A stretch of DNA of 64,000 bases from Owenia fusiformis (Eukaryota). This document shows, one piece after another, positions 57,301 through 64,000 of this stretch. The stretch is from NCBI GenBank assembly GCA_903813345.2, contig CAIIXF020000001.1, positions 21,390,001 to 21,454,000 of the forward strand. The letters are read 5' to 3'. Position numbers and translations under genes: made by a program. Numbering within the stretch: the stretch's first letter is position 1; the number at the start of each line of letters is the position of its first letter. A model generated the notes under the pieces. It saw nothing but the letters and a program-made list of their open reading frames with translations. It did no database searches and was not told the DNA's origin.

Positions 57301-60300
57301 AATAAACTACCAAAAAATCTGCATGAGAAAATTGTGGATATTCAAATGTCTGCTGATAACGGCTCGCATATAAAAGAAAACATTCGCCCTGCTCCTATAA
57401 ACCAAGGCCCCAAAGTGGCAGAGTTGGGTAAATTAGGTAACGAATGGACCAGCCCTCGGACTGATCCCAATAGTCCTTTCCCAGGAAACACCAATAGGGT
57501 CAACTCTAGCAATCCCCAACTGGCAAGCCAGACCCCCCAACAACAACAGCCACAGTTGCCACAACAACAGCCACAGTTGCCACAGCAACAGCTGCCTCAG
57601 AACAGCTCAAGCAATCTAATCAGTCAAAGCAGTCAGAGTTACGGCTTCGATCAGATTCAGCTGTTGTTATCGCAATCACAAGGGGGCGCTAATGCATCTG
57701 CCACGTCCACGTCTTTTAACCCAGATAATGAAGTAGGAACTGGAGAGGACCAACTGTTTCAACAGATTCTGCAACAAGCGACAGACTTACAGAATGATGT
57801 CTCTAATGGTCAGCTCAATCAACTCAACTCAATCTTAGGAACAGAGCCAACATTGACGACTACCGCGAACCCAAACTCTGTGAATGGCGCATCAACGGAT
57901 GATATGTTGGCTCAACTTGATCAAGCCTTCCCTGATATAGACGACTTGTTAGGTCTAGGAGGAGGTGGGGGAAGCACCCCTCAAAGTCAGCCTGACCTGC
58001 AGGAGCAGTTAGCCATAGATGCCATCCAGAAACAACTAATGAGTATTGATCAACCTGTGTCTGCTCAGCCTGATAACTCCGAGCCTTCTAATTCAGCAGC
58101 CAACTCTATCCTCAACAGTCTGGTAAACCCAAGTAAGTAACTGCATTCTGGTATTGTGAACGTGTTTTTGAAGAAATTTTATGACGGATTTGATTACCTT
58201 TGGTCAATTAAGGTTATAAACATTAAAATAAGGACAGTGTGGAGTTCTATAGTTGGACAAGAGTATGCTTCCATAGTAAGCCATTATGTTTCATATAATT
58301 CCACGATAAATTGAAATTCCACGATAAAATGAATACAAAAATTTTTTTTGTGTAAAAGTAGATAAAAAAACTTGGAAGCCTGATATAAAGTAAGGTAGAA
58401 TTATGTTTTATTTTTCTGTTACAGGTGTCGCAGCTAGTATGCCAGCATCTGGAGCTAGTCCCATGGATGTCATGAATAGAGCTATGGCCCAGAGCATCAA
58501 ACAAAACAATTTCACAAGCTCACAGGTTAATCAACATATTCAGCTGTTACGACGTGAACAGCAGCGTCAGCAGCGACAACAGCAGCAGCAACAGCAAGGC
58601 GCCCATCTTCAACAACAGAATGCTGGGAATAGTAGCCTCACGAGCATGTTGGGATTTGTTCAGGGCCAGAATCAACAAGGGGGACAAGGCAACAACTTTA
58701 GATTCTCACAACCTCAGAATAGTGAGTTTTTTATGAATTTTTTATTTACTTTAACAAAAATGATGATATGTGTTATAAGATCTCTGTATTAGAATTGTTG
58801 AAGTAACAAAATTGCACTTTGATGTGCAGATAGATGATGCTGTATCAAAGACCATTCTTCCCAAAATGAAGACCACCATTTATTTGTCACTGTTACGATG
58901 TTCGTTTTGAATTTTAATGTTTACTTGGCCTCTAGGAAGACTGGTGGAACTTGTCATTTTATAAGAATTTGTATGCTAATATGAAATATGTTTATACCAA
59001 TTATTACCCTCAAAGTATAACTCTCCATACGTTCTTCATAGCGCTTGAGATCCAGGTCCTCTCTCATTCACATAAACGCACACGATTCATTGTTTTCACA
59101 GACACACACACACGATTTTGTATGTTATTTGTGACATGATTCACCATACTCCTTTCAGTAAATATTGTTTGATTGTTTTGAATAGTTCTTAGAGTTAAAA
59201 CTGCACGTATTGAAGTCTCGTCAACTAAAAATATAGTGTTACATACATTTGCTTTTACACATCGATTTGTTGGTTGATGTTACACATTTGTGTGAAGTGC
59301 TTACATTGTCTGTAGTGTTCACATTGTGTGTATTGTTCACATTGTTGGAATTACAGGTTAGATAACATGCAAGCGAATGAGATATCTTGAATATTTAACC
59401 TACCAAAAGTTGGTCTTATAAGAAAGTGCTTATAACACCTTTGTAGAAAAAATGTTAAGAAATCCTGTATTGCAATCAGTTCACATTAAATATAATATTT
59501 TTCAGAAAATTTGCTTTTACTTTTGCACTTAAAATGCATCTTAAAAAGAACATTTATTGGCTCATTAGTGTTATACCCAGTACCTGTATTGCTATAGGAC
59601 TAGGCTTTTGTTGCAATGTACATGTTTATATAAAACTAGCATTAACACCACAGTTTGAGTGTAGCAGCACCACATATGAATCAAAAATTCAGGTTTTCAG
59701 TATGTTTCATCTGCAAAACATGAATTTCTGATTTCGTATCTTGCTATTTGATCATTTAAAAATCAATTTAAAGAATGTTCAAAGTTATTTTATTTGGAAA
59801 TAATAGTTCTTACTAGAAGAATGTAATGATCAGGCAGTAGATATATATTTTTGTTGTTTGTTAGTTTGTTTGTAGTTTGTGCACCCTTTTTACACCACTG
59901 TTCTATTTCTTCATTTCCCAGAAAAAAGTAAACCAACTTTAGCGGGAAATCTTTCAGGTTTAGGTAATGTGGCTGCAGGAAGGGGAGGTGGTGGTAGACC
60001 CCCGCGTGACTTCATGATGGGGAGTCTACAGAGTAAGGTGCGGGCGTCACTGCTGATGCAACAGAAGCAGAAGCAATTGAAGGAACACCAGAAGAATCTG
60101 CACCATCGGATGATGATGCAAAGGCAGATGACGCACCCTCCCCAAACCCCCCAGCAGCACCTGTCCCCTCAGCACACTTCACCTCAACAATCACAGTTCA
60201 GCCCTGGCAGTTTCCCACAGGTATGTGTAACTATCTTGACATTTTGATTTGGAGATCTTTACTTTGATTAAAATCCAGAACTGATACAATAGCACAATTC

Positions 60301-63300
60301 ATCTCGAGATTAAATGCTATAATAACTAAAATCTCCCACTCGTTTCTTTCATTTCCATGAGGAATCTGTATCTTCTATTATTTTGAAGTGTAATAAATTT
60401 GCATTAACAAAGATATAGGTGAAAAATTTCAAGTCTCACAATTGCTAATTATTTCATCAATTAAAGTTCAAATAGAGAAGCTGTCCATCCATTTGTACAT
60501 TCGCTTGTCTGGGCAATATCTCAAATACTGGTTGTTTGATTGGGTTCAGATTTGGCAAATGGACCTCTTATATGTCTCTTTATGTACTTTAGGGTAATGC
60601 ACTGAGTGGTATGAGGGACAATGTGAACATGACATTTACTGAGAACTTCAATGAGCTAATGAACTCTGCAGTTGTGCCCAATGTAAGCCTACAGGTGAGA
60701 TCATCTTTACCAGGAACACATGGGATCTTGTTAATACTTACCAGGAAAATATGACACCTAATTAATCTATCTTAGTACTAATCAGTAACATCTGACATCT
60801 TGTCCATATTTACCAGGAAAATATGACATCTCATGCATCTTAATTAATAACATATGACATCTTGTTCATATTTACTGACATCATTATGTTGATGAACATG
60901 TGAAATGAAAAGCATAAGTGCTGTTGACTAGTTGAATAAGTAAACTAGTGCTACTGAGATGTAGAAATATAAGTCTGTCAACAAAAATGATAAACATGTT
61001 TAACTAGTCAATTGTGTTGCAGCGTAACACTTCAATTCCTGGTCCCATGTCTCCGCAGTATCGAAACAACTTGTCTGGTGGTGGAATGGTACGTCCACCA
61101 GGTCCACAACAAATGAACCAATCACAAATATCGCCGAGCTTCACTCCTCGCAGCCAGGCAGGGCAGCCATCTTGGAACCAACGATCCTCAAACTCACAGT
61201 TACAGGGGATCATTGCAGGCCAAATGGTATTTCTATTAATCTACTTCTCCTTAATAAGTATTCTTGCTCTAGAAACAGTGTGTTATATCTTAGAAATCAA
61301 AGTTCATTCGTTATACGCTTTATGCAATACTTGATCAGCGAAAATAATTTTTGATTATATGTAATCCTCCCAACTTCTTGATTTTAGGGAAACAGTCAGT
61401 TTAATCCTGGAATAATGCGCAGCCAGTCCATGCCAACCCCTACCAGTCAGGACAATAGTAGGTTTCAGTTCCCTGACTCAAGCTTTCCTGGAAATGGGGG
61501 CCAGCAGCCAATGGATGTGGGAGGCTTCTCCCCTCAACAGTCCCCTCAACAAATGTTTGCTCAAAATCGGGACATGCCTCAACAAAGAATGTCCATGCAA
61601 TGTAAGTGTCATTTTGTTTTATATCGACTTTATGTTATGTCTTTATGTCAAATCTTTGTTGGTACCTTATCATTTATATCATGCCTGAATTGATTCTATG
61701 TAACTTTTTGTCATATCTGTAACTTTATGTCATGTCTTTGTTGTTTCTATGTTACTTAATGTCATGTCTGCATAGTTTATTGTTCAGAATCTCTTTAGAA
61801 TCTCACTCTGTGATTTTAGAAGAATATTCCCAATCCCCTTCAATTTTATTTCAATGTATAAACTGGTGCCCATAAACAACATCTGGTGCAAATATTCCAT
61901 GAATATTCCAGAAAACATTTAAGGGCAGAAAGCTTTAACTATTTGAAAATCTAACTGAATACAGTCTCTTATATCATAACTAAACTTTAAATTGAAATGG
62001 ATACACTAAAATTAATCCAATAATTTTAGTACAAGAGGAGTATATAATAACAAGAGGAATGGTTTACGCAGTTTATTCAAACGGCTATTACATGAGTATA
62101 CCACATATGGATGGTATAAACCAACACAATGCATATATAACACCTCCAGTACACAATAACCAAGAAAATATGGATCCAGTATTTGAACATAGCAACAACA
62201 GATGCTTTGAAGAATTACATGCACTGTGTCCGTACATCCATAAAATAATTAATTGTTTGTTTTATGTAACTTGTGTTGCTTACAAAATAAGGGAATAGCC
62301 ATATACAAGTAAATGTGTTTTGTATATTATGCATCAACTTATTTGTTAATTTCATTCATGATGTGCACATGGTTTCAACTTATATTGAATAGAAATAATA
62401 TGGCTACTCCTTTATAAAATGTTGATTTCAGTTTCCTGTTTATTATTTCCAGCATTATATAGACCATATAGTTAATCAAAAGATATTGTCAGTCGGTTCA
62501 AAATCAAATGATTCATGATTTATGTTAAGAAATATATATTTGGCAATATGAGATGATAGTGATGAAAATATGTTTTGTCATAGATCAAAAAATAAATAGA
62601 TAAAACTAATAAACTAGTAACTAAAACAATAAACTAATGAAAATATATGTTTCTGTTTTCAGCCCGAATGAATTCTCCTCAAAATAATAGCCAGTTTGGG
62701 TCCCAGGGTCACGATCCCATGTTGATGTCCCCTCACAATCAGATGACCTCCCCTCATCAAAAACACTCACCCAGATCCCAGGTCAGCCCCCAGGGCTTGA
62801 TGGATCCCTTGGCTGCAGGTAAGCTATTGCACTACTATTCTATTGCATTCATCAAAGTACATGGGAGCAACTGTAATGTATGTTTAATAAGAAAATCAAT
62901 GCGTTTATAGATGGCATTACTGAATGGAGAATCATGGGTAAAAGTAAATGTTTCCATATACAGAAATATAAAGCACCATAAAACTTAGAAAATATGTCTG
63001 TGATTGTTTTGCTGTATTAATTTATTGACCCTCTGATGTAACATTGAATATTTTAAAGGAGAAATAACAGTTAACCGTTAACTTTAGAACTCTGGTTTGT
63101 AGCATCTACATATATAGGTATACATTGTTTTCTGTCACATCAGATGCTTGTCATATTTTCCATAAATAAGTATTATGATGTGTGTTATGAACATGTATGA
63201 ATTATGATGCTTGTCATAAACATATTGATGCTTGTCTTTTTATAGGAATGAGTGGGAGGAATATGAATAATTTTGGGCTACAAGGCAGATTTGACCAGCA

Positions 63301-63747
63301 GATGTTCGCCGGAAACAATGTTGGCCAACAAAGGTAAGAAACTTTTTGGTATGATATCTCAATGAAGTAAAGTAATAATTAATGTACTTCTTAGATGAGA
63401 GCTGATGTGGAACTCATTTGTTCAAATAGCAGCTTTGCACAATGCATAGATGTATTTTAAAATTTTGCCTTTATGGATAAAGTTTACAATTTTATTGGTT
63501 TTCATATTTTCACATATTACATTCAGACATGTCGATTTTTTCAGTAATCGCAGTATGGGTGTAGGAGGTATGGGCCAGACGGCTCTCACATCATCACAGT
63601 TGGTGAAACAGGAGCTGCAGAAGGCGCTGACTGCCCGCTGCAACCAGAGCCAACAACATATGAGCCTACCCCCCAGTAGCAGTGCCCCCTCCATGAGTGC
63701 TATAAGTGCAATGGATGATGAAATCCCCCAGGATATCATTGACCAAA
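261..63747 (+). CDS. NCOA: Nuclear receptor coactivator (p160/SRC/taiman family, bHLH-PAS), 24 coding exons in window, 3' end beyond window
   Basis: Manual splicing with canonical GT-AG sites and matching phases gives about 1952 aa: [13 protein letters not shown]...[58 protein letters not shown] (p160 bHLH), [17 protein letters not shown] (PAS-A), EQFTTKQ...YRFKL...[10 protein letters not shown] (PAS-B), multiple LxxLL boxes. Family recognised from memory of NCOA1-3/taiman sequences. Confidence 0.96.
436..690. repeat. Degenerate tandem repeat, about 52-bp unit
   Basis: aagaattgtgag at 489, 541 and 594, each followed by a c(c/t)accaaa motif. Confidence 0.7.
3814..4134 (+). mobile_element. Short hairpin/junction element, family A (Crypton-like non-autonomous, tentative)
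   Basis: Hairpin 3814-3930; internal 3922-3940 is the reverse complement of right end joined to left end. Confidence 0.7.
4828..6499. mobile_element. Non-autonomous DNA transposon with 51-bp TIRs (CAC...GTG) and 5-bp TSD ATACA
   Basis: TIRs 4828-4878 and 6449-6499 with one mismatch; ATACA at 4823-4827 and 6500-6504. Confidence 0.92.
8040..8399. mobile_element. pogo/Tigger-like MITE carrying a nested insertion
   Basis: ta|cagtgaaacttgt ... acaagtattactg|t ends and repeated agtggaac motif. Confidence 0.6.
8073..8286. mobile_element. PIF/Harbinger-like MITE, TTA TSD
   Basis: Imperfect TIRs gtcacatttgctc..attcatcagc / gctgatgaat..gagcaaatgtgac, flanked by tta on both sides. Confidence 0.7.
9802..10430 (+). 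mobile_element. Internally deleted Tc1/mariner element with transposase C-terminal relic
   Basis: TA|cagggtgggccaaaaaaacgccactttttt TIR at both ends; about 10050-10275 translates to [20 protein letters not shown] with stops (SPDLNP-type motif). Confidence 0.9.
10171..10898. repeat. Near-identical tandem duplication of about 360 bp
   Basis: 10171-10530 is repeated at 10540-10898, including the Tc1/mariner right TIR and flanking DNA. Confidence 0.95.
13761..14319 (+). mobile_element. Hairpin/junction element, family B copy 1
   Basis: Hairpin 13761-13901; internal junction 13891-13916; close inverted copy at 33805-34364. Confidence 0.9.
14320..14608 (-). mobile_element. Deleted hairpin/junction element related to family C, abutting family B copy 1 tail-to-tail
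   Basis: Reverse complement of 14530-14608 aligns by eye with 41979-42057. Confidence 0.65.
15433..15573. repeat. (TATGG)n microsatellite, degenerate 3' part
   Basis: Perfect pentamer run to about 15512. Confidence 0.97.
16216..16232 (+). promoter_or_regulatory. CTCF-like motif
   Basis: tCACTAGATGGCAGCAc matches the CCASYAGRKGGCRSY core with one mismatch. Confidence 0.45.
18470..18631. repeat. Degenerate hairpin, probable old transposon remnant
   Basis: ggtgtcatgtttgaa 18504 / ttcaaacatgacacc 18572; outer tgtcatctt / aagatgaca. Confidence 0.6.
19161..19282. repeat. 30-bp minisatellite, 4 copies
   Basis: tctcaatgtcaatacacgtacttttcttgg repeated. Confidence 0.95.
20101..20620. mobile_element. 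Tc1/mariner-like relic with long inverted arms, right tip missing
   Basis: TA|cagggtggtccaaaaaa left end; 20137-20219 is inverted at 20538-20620; RSPD-like remnant on the minus strand near 20300. Confidence 0.7.
24955..25590. repeat. Compound minisatellite (about 29-bp subunits, about 140-bp higher-order unit)
   Basis: tgtcctggtat recurs throughout; cgatttgtcctggtatgtgcaaagtttgttttagtt occurs three times about 140 bp apart. Confidence 0.9.
28222..29074. mobile_element. MITE with TATGG...CCATA termini and 6-bp TSD GTCTTA (IS3EU-like)
   Basis: Imperfect TIRs sharing tgcttctttattc; gtctta at 28216-28221 and 29075-29080; many internal ttcggtaa/taccgaa motifs. Confidence 0.75.
30899..30918 (+). 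CDS. Candidate alternative first coding exon of NCOA (MVTRNNR)
   Basis: aaaATGG start context, donor CG|gtgagt in phase 2 matching exon 2, upstream in-frame stop, TCAGTT initiator-like motif at 30833. Confidence 0.5.
33805..34364 (-). mobile_element. Hairpin/junction element, family B copy 2
   Basis: Reverse complement of 13761-14319; the chance ORFs 14159..14404 and 33774..34070 share a peptide. Confidence 0.9.
34709..34881 (+). CDS. NCOA: NCOA exon 2, bHLH domain
   Basis: ttttcag| [57 protein letters not shown] |gtaag. Confidence 0.97.
37243..37337 (+). CDS. NCOA: NCOA exon 3, bHLH-PAS linker
   Basis: tttccag| [31 protein letters not shown] |gtaaat; phase 1 to 0. Confidence 0.95.
38171..38348 (+). 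CDS. NCOA: NCOA exon 4, PAS-A
   Basis: tttgtag| [59 protein letters not shown] |gtgagt. Confidence 0.97.
41979..42465 (+). mobile_element. Hairpin/junction element, family C
   Basis: Hairpin 41979-42119; internal gtgcataac-tgg-tgtatctcatac is complementary to the left end and to the right end gtatgagataca. Confidence 0.8.
42466..43215. repeat. Degenerate minisatellite, about 22-26-bp unit
   Basis: atgcagctgtatcactagggatat and atgcagatgtaatact variants repeated. Confidence 0.9.
45337..45414 (+). CDS. NCOA: NCOA exon 5, PAS-A
   Basis: ttccag| [25 protein letters not shown] |gtaagt; TFNCRML is conserved in p160s. Confidence 0.95.
45989..46060. repeat. 16-bp tandem repeat, about 4 copies
   Basis: gagtgtttactgtaag repeated. 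Confidence 0.85.
46416..46538 (+). CDS. NCOA: NCOA exon 6, PAS-A
   Basis: ttttag| [40 protein letters not shown] |gtatgt; phase 1 to 1. Confidence 0.92.
46675..47070. repeat. Degenerate C-rich minisatellite
   Basis: ctaagataccctcatgtac and ctaaggtatgct variants. Confidence 0.75.
47236..47776 (+). mobile_element. Degenerate HINE/DINE-1-like element
   Basis: Left end similar to 55095 (tccc..gaac.aagtt..gggggatata), aaaatggc.gccatttt repeats, ends in ctagtt. Confidence 0.5.
48047..48176 (+). CDS. NCOA: NCOA exon 7, end of PAS-A and start of PAS-B
   Basis: ttctag| [42 protein letters not shown] |gtatt. Confidence 0.95.
48647..48753 (+). CDS. NCOA: NCOA exon 8, PAS-B
   Basis: tttcag| [35 protein letters not shown] |gtaat; phase 2 to 1. 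Confidence 0.93.
49033..49192 (+). CDS. NCOA: NCOA exon 9, PAS-B
   Basis: ttctag| [53 protein letters not shown] |gtaagt. Confidence 0.95.
49332..50389 (+). mobile_element. mariner-family deleted element with about 200-bp TIRs and transposase N-terminal relic
   Basis: TA|caaggggcga ... tcgccccttg|TA; interior translates to [21 protein letters not shown] and [23 protein letters not shown] (mariner HTH and WVPR-like). Confidence 0.88.
50435..50837 (-). mobile_element. Diverged family C hairpin/junction element
   Basis: Reverse complement of 50785-50840 aligns by eye with 41975-42030; second arm at 50700-50750. Confidence 0.55.
50891..50977 (+). CDS. NCOA: NCOA exon 10
   Basis: tttgcag| [28 protein letters not shown] |gtatgt; phase 2 to 2. 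Confidence 0.85.
51586..52489 (+). CDS. NCOA: NCOA exon 11, S/P/M/N-rich region
   Basis: tttacag| in frame with ORF 51671..52516; donor ATG|gtatgt. Confidence 0.9.
52748..52904 (+). CDS. NCOA: NCOA exon 12, first NR box (KLRQLLTT)
   Basis: aaacag| [10 protein letters not shown]...[24 protein letters not shown] |gtaag; resembles vertebrate NR box I (KLxQLLT). Confidence 0.9.
53080..53350 (-). pseudogene. Tc1/mariner-type transposase fragment
   Basis: Minus strand translates to [16 protein letters not shown] with stops, resembling WPxRSPDLxPxDFFLWG. Confidence 0.45.
53467..53586 (+). CDS. NCOA: NCOA exon 13
   Basis: tttcag| [39 protein letters not shown] |gtaagt; phase 1 to 1. Confidence 0.85.
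53953..54638. mobile_element. Tc1/mariner-type MITE with about 190-bp TIRs, TA TSD
   Basis: TA|cagggtgtcccagaagtaatgataattatgctct ... agagcataattatcattacttctgggacaccctg|TA. Confidence 0.93.
54697..54860 (+). CDS. NCOA: NCOA exon 14, NR box ILKQLL and first half of a split LK|KLL box
   Basis: ttgcag| [21 protein letters not shown]...NKNELLK |gttag. Confidence 0.9.
55094..55757 (+). mobile_element. Helentron-associated (HINE/DINE-1-like) element with GTCY microsatellite and four repeats of about 146 bp
   Basis: ttgttatcccaccgaacgaagttcgaggggga left end, (gtcc/gtct)n 55137-55177, repeat units starting gataact at 55182, 55327, 55476, 55621; right end uncertain. Confidence 0.8.
56198..56308 (+). 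CDS. NCOA: NCOA exon 15, completes LKKLL and carries LQELL
   Basis: ttgcag| [37 protein letters not shown] |gtaagt; phase 0 to 0. Confidence 0.9.
56506..58132 (+). CDS. NCOA: NCOA exon 16, large Q/S-rich exon with LQNLL, LTRLL and putative CBP/p300-interaction segment
   Basis: tttacag| in frame with the 551-aa ORF; donor A|gtaagt at 58133; contains [20 protein letters not shown]. Confidence 0.92.
58425..58721 (+). CDS. NCOA: NCOA exon 17, Q-rich
   Basis: ttacag| VAASMPASG...FRFSQPQN |gtgagt; phase 1 to 1. Confidence 0.88.
59922..60220 (+). CDS. NCOA: NCOA exon 18, Q/M-rich
   Basis: ttcccag| KSKPTLAG...[16 protein letters not shown]...GSFPQ |gtatgt. Confidence 0.88.
60593..60694 (+). CDS. 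NCOA: NCOA exon 19
   Basis: ctttag| [34 protein letters not shown] |gtgag; phase 0 to 0. Confidence 0.85.
61023..61226 (+). CDS. NCOA: NCOA exon 20
   Basis: ttgcag| [14 protein letters not shown]...LQGIIAGQM |gtattt. Confidence 0.82.
61388..61601 (+). CDS. NCOA: NCOA exon 21
   Basis: ttttag| [16 protein letters not shown]...QQRMSMQ |gtaagt. Confidence 0.87.
62663..62818 (+). CDS. NCOA: NCOA exon 22
   Basis: ttttcag| [11 protein letters not shown]...GLMDPLAA |gtaag; phase 1 to 1. Confidence 0.87.
63246..63333 (+). CDS. NCOA: NCOA exon 23
   Basis: tttatag| [28 protein letters not shown] |gtaag; phase 1 to 2, which bridges the flanking exons. Confidence 0.85.
63545..63747 (+). CDS. NCOA: NCOA exon 24 (not terminal)
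   Basis: tttcag| NRSMGVGG...[17 protein letters not shown]...[10 protein letters not shown] |gtaagt; no stop before the donor. Confidence 0.88.
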
Positions 63748-64000
63748 GTAAGTGAGATGTTAAGAAATAAGTTGGAACACAAAGTCTTGCAGCAAGCCTC
63801 TGTTCTCTCCATAATATCTATATATGTTTTTAGAAAGAGAATGAGGAGAGGTAAGACAAGCTTGATACAAGACTATGAGGTAGTATCTAACCTAAAACTC
63901 TGAAAGACGTAATATGATTAAGCATACTGTATACTGATCTGTCTTTGAATCAGTTCATATCATAGAGTTTGTTTTACATCATAAGGCCATAAGAAGTAGA

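Overview
AT-rich metazoan (invertebrate-looking) genomic DNA. The window is almost entirely one spliced + strand gene: a p160 nuclear receptor coactivator (NCOA/SRC family, insect taiman orthologue). I reconstructed 24 GT-AG coding exons by hand from ATG 261 to 63747. Phases are consistent throughout (5857 nt, about 1952 aa), and the gene runs off the right edge. Domains are an N-terminal RKRK NLS, bHLH, PAS-A, PAS-B, six central LxxLL motifs, a probable CBP/p300-binding segment and a Q/M-rich C-terminus. The first coding intron is about 34.4 kb and holds one good and one weaker candidate alternative start exon that lack the RKRK NLS. The introns carry many non-autonomous DNA transposons (Tc1/mariner relics and MITEs, a CAC-ended 5-bp-TSD element, an IS3EU-like MITE, Helentron/HINE-like elements) and tandem repeats. 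The most unusual signal is a set of short elements from three divergent families. Each has a long terminal hairpin with recurrent tandem G.A mismatches and an internal inverted copy of its own end-to-end (circle) junction. Most short ORFs in the supplied track are not genes. No rRNA, tRNA or CRISPR was seen.
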